From positions 1 through 64,000 of IMG/VR virus record IMGVR_UViG_3300045988_001753: 64,000 nt of DNA; one strand, 5' to 3'. Each line of letters opens with the position of its first letter. Within the stretch, counting starts at the first letter, position 1. The translations under genes were made by a program, and so were the position numbers. Shown here in pieces: positions 1 to 7,723 of this stretch. The stretch comes from a virus. The notes under the pieces are model-generated. The model was not told the DNA's origin and made no database searches. It saw only the letters and a list, made by a program, of their open reading frames with translations.

Positions 1-11
1 AAAAAAAAAAG

Positions 12-377
12 ATGGAAAAGAATGAAGAAAAGGTTCTGGAAAGAAATCTGGAACAGAAGCATTTTGAAGATGCTGCAAAAGCCATTAAAGGTGGCAAAGA
101 GAATGGTGGTTTAACCAATGTTGAACTTGTTGAAAACTTGGTGGAAAGCTACAAAGGTAAGACAGTGCAAGCACCTGTTGAGGTGATTGTAACAAGTGCA
201 ATATTCCTCAATGTGAGAGAATTGATGGGCACTATTGAAGCCTTGAAACATACTCTTCACATTAAAATGGCAGAGGAGTTGAGAGAAAAAGCAGATAAGG
301 GAGAAGCTACAGCAAGAGATGCAATGGCTGCTCTTATGCTTGCTGCAATTATGAAGAAAGAATCTGAAGAAGATTAA
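12..377 (+). CDS. hypothetical protein (121 aa)
   Basis: ORF from the track. The ATG lies just after an A10 tract (1..10), a leader type that recurs in this window. No motif recognised. Confidence 0.55.
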   Translation: MEKNEEKVLERNLEQKHFEDAAKAIKGGKENGGLTNVELVENLVESYKGKTVQAPVEVIVTSAIFLNVRELMGTIEALKHTLHIKMAEELREKADKGEATARDAMAALMLAAIMKKESEED

Positions 378-382
378 TAAAC

Positions 383-805
383 ATGAGTGAAATCAAGTTA
401 AGTCTGAGTATTGAGCTTCGAGGAAGCACAATGTTCAGCAAGGAGGAGTGCCTTAAAACAACTCAAGAGACCATTACTACAAAGAATGGTAGAAAGAGAA
501 CAGTAACAAAAGTAGTTGAGGATTGGGACAAGATGGAGAAGCACACTATGAGAGTGACTGACAAGGATGGTACCAATCCAGAGATTATCACTTTCCATAC
601 AAGGAAGTGCAAGCCAGCTACACAGTCCCTGAACATGAGCAAAGAGGCTTATGAGTATATGATTGACAAGGATTCTTGTCCTTCATGGTCTAAGCCTGGC
701 AAGTGGGCTGCAATGAGTGAAAAGGAAAGACTTGAAGCTCATTTGCAGAGAACAGTAGAACATCTTGGGGGTACTTCGTACACTTACCAAGTGTTTGAGG
801 ACTAA
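383..805 (+). CDS. hypothetical protein (140 aa)
   Basis: ORF starts 6 nt after the previous stop and is followed by a hairpin plus T-run terminator. No motif recognised. Confidence 0.55.
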   Translation: MSEIKLSLSIELRGSTMFSKEECLKTTQETITTKNGRKRTVTKVVEDWDKMEKHTMRVTDKDGTNPEIITFHTRKCKPATQSLNMSKEAYEYMIDKDSCPSWSKPGKWAAMSEKERLEAHLQRTVEHLGGTSYTYQVFED

Positions 806-826
806 CTGGATATGTTCTCATAGTAG

Positions 827-869
827 AGGACAAGGGTATTATCAATATCCTTGTCCTTCTTTTTTTTTT
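827..869 (+). terminator. rho-independent terminator
   Basis: Perfect 9-bp stem AGGACAAGG (827..835) / CCTTGTCCT (849..857), followed by TC plus T10 (858..869). Confidence 0.75.
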
Positions 870-906
870 ACGACCTACTGACTAAGTGGGATAAAACTAA
901 GAGACT

Positions 907-1461
907 ATGGGATATGTTCCTAAATTTATACATCTTGACCATTTTATTGTCGTAGAATATCCATTTGGTGTTTATTGGAAGCATAGTTATATACAACAGA
1001 GTGCAGAAGCAATCTTCAATACATATAAAGAAGATATTGAGGAAGGTACAAGCATTACTTTTGTAGCAAGAGGCACATCAGGAGCCATGATTGCAGGTGC
1101 TATGCTTAATGAGTTACATAACATTAATCCAACTACTAAGACCTATATCCTGATTGTCAGGAAGGAAGAAGATACAAGTGCTCATTGTTCTTCATTAAGA
1201 GGAATTGATGAGGTTGGTACTACAAGGTTTATAGTTGTGGATGACTTTATAGCATCAGGTGAAACCATTGAAGCAGTTATACAAGCCTTAGATAGACAGC
1301 TTGGGGTGAGTTATCACCCATCTAATAAGTATGATATGCTTTGTGTAAGTAACTTCATTGATGCAAAAGCATTAAAGAAGAACTCATGTGATGATTACAG
1401 GAAGTGGAAAGGAATTTGTTCGAGATTTGAGTATGTAGTATGTTGCCCTAAACCAGAATAG
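907..1461 (+). CDS. type I phosphoribosyltransferase-fold protein, substrate unknown
   Basis: 184-aa ORF with the PRPP-binding loop FIVVDDFIASGETIEA, preceded by ARGTSGAMIAG. Confidence 0.6.
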   Translation: MGYVPKFIHLDHFIVVEYPFGVYWKHSYIQQSAEAIFNTYKEDIEEGTSITFVARGTSGAMIAGAMLNELHNINPTTKTYILIVRKEEDTSAHCSSLRGIDEVGTTRFIVVDDFIASGETIEAVIQALDRQLGVSYHPSNKYDMLCVSNFIDAKALKKNSCDDYRKWKGICSRFEYVVCCPKPE

Positions 1462-1462
1462 T

Positions 1463-1648
1463 ATGACAGCATTTAATGTGTTACTCCTCATTGTGCTATG
1501 TATTTGGATTATTGTAATGTATAATAAGTATTCTCCTAAGATTGATATAGTCACATCAAGGAATAAATACATTGTGCTATTATGGTATAACAAATGGTAT
1601 TGGAGTGGGGAGTGTAAGAGAACTTACATAAAACTGTTTGAAGTATGA
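1463..1648 (+). CDS. small hydrophobic protein (61 aa)
   Basis: Starts 2 nt after the previous stop. Has an N-terminal hydrophobic segment FNVLLLIVLCIWIIVMY. Its end overlaps the next ATG (ATGA). Confidence 0.4.
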   Translation: MTAFNVLLLIVLCIWIIVMYNKYSPKIDIVTSRNKYIVLLWYNKWYWSGECKRTYIKLFEV

Positions 1649-2406
1649 TAGAATTTACCCTTAATAGGAATAGGAATGGAAAGAAATCAAGATGGGCTAA
1701 GAAGTACCCAAGAAAGAGAATATTAAGGAGAGGCAGTGAGAAAGCTGCTGGATGGTATTTTCACAATTGGTATGATGATAGCTATCATTATTTCCACGGA
1801 GATTTGCATAAATTCCTGTTAAAGAATGTAGGCAGACCAGTAGATAAAGTATTTTCCGAGTTCTTGCAGAGGTGCAGAAGAGGCACTGAGAAGTATAATC
1901 TCAGAGAATGGTTCTATGATATGTTTGAAGAAAAAGAGAACATAGATTATAGAGGAGGATTCTACTTATCTAATGGTATTATTAACTACAAGAAGAAGAG
2001 CAAGAGACCTAAAGGTCCTTATGTTCCATCACCTTTTATATTATCACAATTCAACACTCAGAATCTTCCGAGTAAAAGAGAGTTGTATAATATATGTAAG
2101 AAGGCTGAGGAGACACATGAGAAGCAACTTCTTGGTACATTCTACATCTCAACTGGTTTATACAAATCAAGAAAGGCTACAGTCTATGTAGCAGCAAAGT
2201 CAGATTACAAGGCATCTTACTTTTATATGAGGATTGCCAAGATAAAGGAAATAGGTATAGGAGTCAGATTTTGGGTAAGTAAATCTCAGGATGGGAAATA
2301 CCTAATTGACCCTTATTATACCACCTATTCTGAATACAAATGGTCAAATAACAAGGAGTTGCCTGACTATGTATTTCTGACTAAAGAAGAGAAAATCTCT
2401 GACTAA
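1645..2406 (+). CDS. hypothetical basic protein (253 aa)
   Basis: ORF in an operon-like arrangement with a K/R-rich N-terminus. No motif recognised. Confidence 0.5.
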   Translation: MIEFTLNRNRNGKKSRWAKKYPRKRILRRGSEKAAGWYFHNWYDDSYHYFHGDLHKFLLKNVGRPVDKVFSEFLQRCRRGTEKYNLREWFYDMFEEKENIDYRGGFYLSNGIINYKKKSKRPKGPYVPSPFILSQFNTQNLPSKRELYNICKKAEETHEKQLLGTFYISTGLYKSRKATVYVAAKSDYKASYFYMRIAKIKEIGIGVRFWVSKSQDGKYLIDPYYTTYSEYKWSNNKELPDYVFLTKEEKISD

Positions 2407-2434
2407 GCAATATAAGTTTAACAAAAAAAAAAGC

Positions 2435-3958
2435 ATGAAAGAAGCAATTTTATTGACTGATGGCTATAAGTTAGACCATAGAAGGCAATACCCTGAAGGT
2501 ACAGAGTATGTCTACTCTAATTGGACTCCAAGAAGCTGTCATTATTACCCTGAGGCTGAGGAAGGTGCTGTTGTATTTGGAATACAATACTTTATCAAAG
2601 AGTATTTGATGAAGCAATTCCAAGAGGACTTCTTCAATAAGCCTAAGGATGTGGCAGTTGCAGAGTTTAAGAGAAGGGTAGATACATTTTTGGGACCTAA
2701 CAATGTGGGCACAAAACACATTGAGGAGTTGCATGACCTTGGCTATCTTCCCATTAGAATCAAAGCATTGCCTGAGGGTACATTGTGTCCTATCAGAGTA
2801 CCTGCATTGACATTCATCAACACTCATCCTGATTTCTTTTGGCTTACCAACTACTTTGAGACTCTCATCTCAACTACCTTGTGGTTGCCTATGACAAGTG
2901 CAATTACTGCAAGGTTGTATAAGAAGGAGTTGATAAGACATGCAAGGAAGACAGGATTTAAGGATGTAGACCTTAATTTCCTCATACATGACTTCTCTAT
3001 GAGAGGCATGGCTGGAGTAGAAGCTGCCATTATGTCTGGTATGGGTCATATGACTTCATTCTGTGGTAGTGAGACTATTCCTGCTATTGCTGGTCTTGAA
3101 GAGTATTACAATGCAGATGCTGAGAAGGAGCTTATTGCAGCTACAATTCCAGCAACAGAGCATAGTGTCATGTGTGCAGGTGGTAAGGAAGATGAATTGG
3201 AGACATTTAGGAGACTCATTACAGAGGTATATCCTACTGGATTTGTATCTATTGTCTCTGATACTTGGGATTTTTGGAAGGTAATGACAGAGTATCTGCC
3301 TAAGTTAAAGGATGAAATCCTTGCAAGGGATGGTAGGTTAGTCATAAGACCTGATAGTGGAGACCCAGTACATATCATTGCAGGCTATAAGCATGAGGAC
3401 TTTGAGACTTGGCAGGAGCAAACAGAAGTGCAAAACAGGATGAGTAGTACTGCTGAATGGGTAGGTGCATATCAAGTTCTGTGGGACATCTTTGGTGGTA
3501 CTGTCAATGAGAAAGGCTACAAGGTACTTAATCCCAAAGTAGGTATCATCTATGGTGATTCTATTACTCTTGAAAGGCAGAAAGAAATCTACAAGAGGCT
3601 TGAAGAAAGAGGCTTTGCAGCTACTAATCTTGTGCTTGGTGTAGGCTCATATACCTATCAGTATAAGAGTAGGGATTCTCTTGGCTTTGCTATGAAGGCT
3701 ACTTGGTGTCAGGTTAATGGGGAAGGAAGGGAAATCTTCAAAGACCCTAAGACTGATGATGGCACTAAGAAATCATTGAAAGGTCTTATTTGTGTTCAAG
3801 GTGATGGTGATAAGTATGTAGCTGAGGACCAAGTAACCAAGGAACAGGAAGAGAAGGGGTATTTGCAGACTGTCTTTGAAGATGGCAAGTTAGTTAAGGA
3901 GTGGACTCTAAGTCAGATTAGAGCCAATGTTGATAACTCAATTGTATTGGAGGATTAG
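2435..3958 (+). CDS. nadV: nicotinamide phosphoribosyltransferase family protein (NAMPT/NadV-like; possibly a NARP1 Namat-type enzyme)
   Basis: 507 aa with family-typical LLTDGYKLDHRRQY, IRPDSGDP and IIYGDSI. An A10 leader lies upstream (2423..2432). Confidence 0.85.
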   Translation: MKEAILLTDGYKLDHRRQYPEGTEYVYSNWTPRSCHYYPEAEEGAVVFGIQYFIKEYLMKQFQEDFFNKPKDVAVAEFKRRVDTFLGPNNVGTKHIEELHDLGYLPIRIKALPEGTLCPIRVPALTFINTHPDFFWLTNYFETLISTTLWLPMTSAITARLYKKELIRHARKTGFKDVDLNFLIHDFSMRGMAGVEAAIMSGMGHMTSFCGSETIPAIAGLEEYYNADAEKELIAATIPATEHSVMCAGGKEDELETFRRLITEVYPTGFVSIVSDTWDFWKVMTEYLPKLKDEILARDGRLVIRPDSGDPVHIIAGYKHEDFETWQEQTEVQNRMSSTAEWVGAYQVLWDIFGGTVNEKGYKVLNPKVGIIYGDSITLERQKEIYKRLEERGFAATNLVLGVGSYTYQYKSRDSLGFAMKATWCQVNGEGREIFKDPKTDDGTKKSLKGLICVQGDGDKYVAEDQVTKEQEEKGYLQTVFEDGKLVKEWTLSQIRANVDNSIVLED

Positions 3959-3959
3959 T

Positions 3960-4763
3960 ATGCAAATATTGAATCTTATTAGACCTGAAAAGAGTGATGT
4001 AAAGTATGAGGTTATACAGTTCCCTGATGGGGAACCTCATATTGTCTTGAATGGTATTGACAGGAAGGATGATTTAACTGTAGTATGTAGGATTTGTAAT
4101 CCTACAGACTTGTTTATCCTTATGCAAGTAGGTGATATTCTTAATAGACAAGGTATCTTGTTTGGCTTGGATATTGTCTATCTTATGAGTATGAGGATGG
4201 ATAGAGTAATCAGCTATGATGAGTCATTCTCTCTTAGTGTAGTTACACAAGTAATAAATGATATGTTCCCTCAAGCAGTTCATGTACTTGAGCCTCACTC
4301 ACATAAGGTGCAAGACCTTGTTGATGAATATTGGGGAGACATAGCTACTCCTATGCCAGATTTTGAAGGATACCTAAGGGTGTATCCTGACAAAGGTGCA
4401 TTACAGAGATATGGTGGAGACCCTAATAGTGATGTGATATGCAGTAAAGTGAGAGACCCAAAGACAGGACAACTCTCTGGCTTTAAGATTGAGAATCCAG
4501 AAGTCATTGAGAAGAATGTCAATCTGCCATTTGTAGTCATTGATGACTTATGTGATGGTGGAGGTACTTTCAAAGGCATTGCACAATTACTTGGCTTCCA
4601 TTATCCTGATAGGGAGAGAACTATCTATGTAACTCACATGGTCAATCCTAAAGGCATTACCACTCTCAGTGAAAACTATAAGGAGGTCTACTTTACCAAT
4701 TCATATAAGGATTGGAACAAGGAGACACTTCCTGATAATGTGAAAGTAATTGAAGTAGTATGA
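3960..4763 (+). CDS. ribose-phosphate pyrophosphokinase family protein (Prs-like; possibly a NARP1 Adps-type enzyme)
   Basis: The internal ATG at 3960 lies 1 nt after the NAMPT stop; the track start at 3927 overlaps NAMPT. Motifs: FPDGEPHI, MSMRMDRV (RQDR-like loop) and FVVIDDLCDGGGTF (PRPP loop). At 267 aa it is shorter than canonical Prs. Confidence 0.75.
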   Translation: MQILNLIRPEKSDVKYEVIQFPDGEPHIVLNGIDRKDDLTVVCRICNPTDLFILMQVGDILNRQGILFGLDIVYLMSMRMDRVISYDESFSLSVVTQVINDMFPQAVHVLEPHSHKVQDLVDEYWGDIATPMPDFEGYLRVYPDKGALQRYGGDPNSDVICSKVRDPKTGQLSGFKIENPEVIEKNVNLPFVVIDDLCDGGGTFKGIAQLLGFHYPDRERTIYVTHMVNPKGITTLSENYKEVYFTNSYKDWNKETLPDNVKVIEVV

Positions 4764-4960
4764 AAGCTGAGGTAATAGCAAAAGTTGCTGTATGGTTTGT
4801 AATCTTCATTGTCCTATTGACATTAGGACTTGAAATGATTTCAGCACCTAATACCATTGAGAATGTGATAGGATTCTTTATGGTAGTGGCAACATTATAT
4901 CTATCAGTCAGAACAAAGTGTTTAACAGCAATTAAATTAGAAAGAAAACATGAAAAGTAA
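4760..4960 (+). CDS. small membrane protein (66 aa, two hydrophobic segments)
   Basis: ATGA overlap with the upstream stop. Hydrophobic segments VAVWFVIFIVLLTLGL and VIGFFMVVATLYL. Confidence 0.5.
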   Translation: MKAEVIAKVAVWFVIFIVLLTLGLEMISAPNTIENVIGFFMVVATLYLSVRTKCLTAIKLERKHEK

Positions 4961-5735
4961 ATTGATTTTGGGACTTCTGTCCTTGTTTATGGTGTTCTCA
5001 ATGACATCATGTATGGAGAAGGTAGATGCAGGTTGTGAAGGCATCAAGGTGAATCTGTATGGCAGTGATAAGGGAGTGGATGATGCTTCTTTGGTAACTG
5101 GTATTGTATGGTACAATCCTTGGACCACCACAGTATATGAGTATCCTACTTATGTACAGACCATTGACTATGAGCCATTTACAATTAATGCAAAGGATGG
5201 TTCAGAGTTCACTGTAGACCCTACTGTATCATTGAAGATTATTGATGGTAAATCACCTGCTGTCTTTAAGAAGTACAGAAAAGAGTTGAATGAGGTAATC
5301 AAGGGTACTCTGTATAACTATGTAAAGGATGCCTTTAGAATCCAGCTCAATAAGTTTACTACTGATGACATTGTAAGTAAAAGGGATAGTATTGAGAATG
5401 CTATTGAAAGGTATTTGACTCAGGCACTTGCTAAAGAGAACTTTCAGTTGGAGCAGCTAACCTCTGGTCTCAAATATCCCCAGACTATTGTAGAGTCTGT
5501 AAATGCCAAGAATAAGGCTATTCAGCAGGCTATGCAGGTAGAGAATGAGGTTAAAGTGGCAGAAGCTCAGGCTAAGAAACTTATTGTAGCTGCTGAGGCA
5601 GAGAAGAAAGCCAATGAGTTGAGGCAACAGGCACTTACTCCTGCAATTCTTGAGAAGATGTGGATTGAGAAATGGGATGGTAAATTGCCTGTATATGGTC
5701 AAGTTCCTACTATATTCAAAGACATTAGTAAGTAA
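4950..5735 (+). CDS. SPFH/band-7 (prohibitin-like) domain lipoprotein
   Basis: Signal peptide with a lipobox-like LFMVFSMTSC. SPFH-like body and an Ala/Glu/Lys-rich coiled C-terminal part (EAQAKKLIVAAEAEKKANELRQQAL). Confidence 0.65.
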   Translation: MKSKLILGLLSLFMVFSMTSCMEKVDAGCEGIKVNLYGSDKGVDDASLVTGIVWYNPWTTTVYEYPTYVQTIDYEPFTINAKDGSEFTVDPTVSLKIIDGKSPAVFKKYRKELNEVIKGTLYNYVKDAFRIQLNKFTTDDIVSKRDSIENAIERYLTQALAKENFQLEQLTSGLKYPQTIVESVNAKNKAIQQAMQVENEVKVAEAQAKKLIVAAEAEKKANELRQQALTPAILEKMWIEKWDGKLPVYGQVPTIFKDISK

Positions 5736-5738
5736 GCT

Positions 5739-6059
5739 ATGGGATGGATTATATTAGGTATAGTGTTCCTTGTAGTGACCATTTGGTCACTCAGGGGCAC
5801 TACTTTTGCTGAATACCACTATCAGAATAGAGTGGATGAGCATCATGTTGCTGTATGGATGCTAATTATAGCTTTTATAATCTATTGTATTCCTATTATA
5901 GGTATCATGGCTTTCATAGCATACCATATATGGTTCTCCATACTTGCCAGTAGAAAGCCCCATCATAGCTATGAATATTTGATTATAGAGCTATCCAAGG
6001 AGAATGTATTACATAGGATATTGGGCACTATTGCCTGCTATTTAACAAAAGAAGTATGA
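5739..6059 (+). CDS. membrane protein (106 aa, about 3 TM segments)
   Basis: Hydrophobic stretches WIILGIVFLVVTIW, VAVWMLIIAFIIYCIPIIGIMAFIAY and HIWFSILA. Confidence 0.5.
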   Translation: MGWIILGIVFLVVTIWSLRGTTFAEYHYQNRVDEHHVAVWMLIIAFIIYCIPIIGIMAFIAYHIWFSILASRKPHHSYEYLIIELSKENVLHRILGTIACYLTKEV

Positions 6060-6529
6060 AACAGAGAGTATTCAACATACTCATCTCCTTTGCAGTAGGA
6101 GTACTTGGAGCAATTCAAGTACATTCCTACTTGAAGGAAGATGAACCACCTGAAATAGAGGTGGTACACATAGTTAATGAGGAGCAACCAGACTTCTTCA
6201 GTAAATCACCTCAAGAAGGCTTGATGGAAGCATTAGAATATTATGGGGTTAAACATCCTCAGATAGTCTATGCACAAGCTGTACTTGAAACTGGTCATTT
6301 TAAGTCAGACTTATGTCTGAATGGTAATAATCTGTTTGGCTTATACAATAGCAAGAAACACAGGTATCACACATTTGACCATTGGACTGAAAGCATAATT
6401 GCATATCTTAACTATGTGCAATATAGATACAAACCTCCGAATGACTACTATGAGTTTTTATCAGATATAGGGTATGCAGAAGACCCTGACTACATTAACA
6501 AATTAAAAGAAATTGTAAGTAGAAAATGA
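6056..6529 (+). CDS. membrane-anchored glucosaminidase-domain peptidoglycan hydrolase (endolysin candidate)
   Basis: N-terminal TM segment VFNILISFAVGVLGAIQV. FlgJ/glucosaminidase-type signature AQAVLETGHFKSDLCLNGNNLFGL with downstream HTFDHWTESI. Confidence 0.7.
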   Translation: MKQRVFNILISFAVGVLGAIQVHSYLKEDEPPEIEVVHIVNEEQPDFFSKSPQEGLMEALEYYGVKHPQIVYAQAVLETGHFKSDLCLNGNNLFGLYNSKKHRYHTFDHWTESIIAYLNYVQYRYKPPNDYYEFLSDIGYAEDPDYINKLKEIVSRK

Positions 6530-6612
6530 CAAGAGAAGAAGTGAATAGGTTGGCTTTATCTAAGATAGACAAGACCAAGTACCTTATCTTAGAGCTTATC
6601 ACTGGGATGGGT
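6526..6612 (+). CDS. SF2 (SNF2/DEAD-like) helicase, exon 1 (29 codons)
   Basis: ATG overlaps the upstream stop (ATGA). It reads MTREEVNRLALSKIDKTKYLILELITGMG, then K and a stop in the unspliced DNA. The Walker A motif is truncated after GMGK. Confidence 0.65.
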
Positions 6613-6663
6613 AAATAAAATAAGTATTTTACTTATCCTGTTGTATATATTAAATGTTATTTA

Positions 6664-6671
6664 TATCTTTG
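6664..6671 (+). promoter_or_regulatory. Bacteroidota-type -7 promoter box TATCTTTG (TAnnTTTG) inside the intron
   Basis: TATCTTTGCA lies 22 nt upstream of the endonuclease ATG at 6694. The spacing and core match the box at 35099. Confidence 0.45.
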
Positions 6672-6693
6672 CATAATTAATAAATTATTGATT

Positions 6694-7494
6694 ATGGGAA
6701 GATATAGAGAAATTACAAATGAAATTGTAGAGTTAGCAAATCAAGGATTAACTGCTACCGAAATAGCAAAAATTCTTGGAGTATGGAGACAGACAGTTTA
6801 TTATAAACTAAAGAAAATAGACAGGAGTATTCCTAACTATCATAATTCTTTGAAATTTGATAATACAGTATTTGATAATATAGATACAGAAGAGAAAGCT
6901 TACTGGTTAGGTTTTCTGATGGCTGATGGATATGTTAGTAAAAATTCAAATACTGTGGAATTAAGTCTAAAAGGCGATGATAGTGACCATTTAAATAAAT
7001 ATAATAATTTTATAAAGAATACTCAATCTATTAAATTTGGTAAAATAGTAAATAAAGGTAAAGAATACAGTAGGTGTAGGTGTACTGTAACTGACAATCA
7101 TTTTCATGATAGATTAGTAGAGTTGGGGTGCCTACCACAAAAATCTTTAACATTGAAGTTTCCTAATAAAAATATATTTGCAGAAGAGAGTCTTATTAGA
7201 CATTTTATAAGAGGGTATGTAGATGGAGATGGCTGTCTTAGCTATACAAAGACAGGTAGATTAGTTGTAGAAATAATGGGAACTAAAGAATTTCTAGGAG
7301 AAATAATATCTTTATATCCTGATTATTTTAAGAACACTTACCATAAAGATAAAAGAAGGCTATCTTCAAATACATATTGTATATCTTGTAGTTGTGCTAA
7401 TGCAGATAAATTTGCAAGTATTCTCTATGATAAATCTAATATATACTTGGATAGAAAATATAAAAGATTTGCCGTGTTAAGAAGAAATTCTTAA
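6694..7494 (+). CDS. LAGLIDADG homing endonuclease with N-terminal HTH
   Basis: Two LAGLIDADG motifs, YWLGFLMADGYVS and IRGYVDGDGCLS. N-terminal HTH-like LTATEIAKILGVWRQTVYY. The track start at 6688 is TTG; the first ATG is at 6694. Confidence 0.85.
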   Translation: MGRYREITNEIVELANQGLTATEIAKILGVWRQTVYYKLKKIDRSIPNYHNSLKFDNTVFDNIDTEEKAYWLGFLMADGYVSKNSNTVELSLKGDDSDHLNKYNNFIKNTQSIKFGKIVNKGKEYSRCRCTVTDNHFHDRLVELGCLPQKSLTLKFPNKNIFAEESLIRHFIRGYVDGDGCLSYTKTGRLVVEIMGTKEFLGEIISLYPDYFKNTYHKDKRRLSSNTYCISCSCANADKFASILYDKSNIYLDRKYKRFAVLRRNS

Positions 7495-7723
7495 TATAAT
7501 CACAGGGCAAAAACGGTGAAAGCTGAGATGCTAATACCGTGCTAACTAATTAAATTACGAAAGGTTAATTAGTAGTGTAGAGCGTAGGTCTTGAATAAAT
7601 ATAATAGACCCAAGAGTGTCCTGCATCTTAATAGGTAGAGCTAAAGATGAAAATGTACGCCGAGCTTACATTAAATGAAATGTAAGAACTGAGAGATAAA
7701 AAGCTCTTAGGATAACATAACTG

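Larger units (their letters stand above)
6613..7723 (+). mobile_element. group I-type intron with an internal LAGLIDADG homing endonuclease ORF (boundaries inferred)
   Basis: Exon 1 ends in U (6612) and the insert ends in G (7723). Removing it joins both exons in frame and restores TGMGKT. About 230 nt downstream of the ORF is non-coding and rich in stem-loops, e.g. CTAATTAA/TTAATTAG and GGTCT/AGACC. The insert looks more AT-rich than its flanks. Confidence 0.6.

Noticed and set aside
1973-2191. 72-aa plus-strand ORF nested out of frame in 1645..2406, and similar nested ORFs at 3063..3284, 10996..11220, 16035..16241, 17404..17601, 24580..24765, 38370..38591 and 39534..39776
   Set aside because: All lie entirely inside longer ORFs that carry recognisable motifs or form operon-coupled genes. 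None has independent start context or a distinctive composition.
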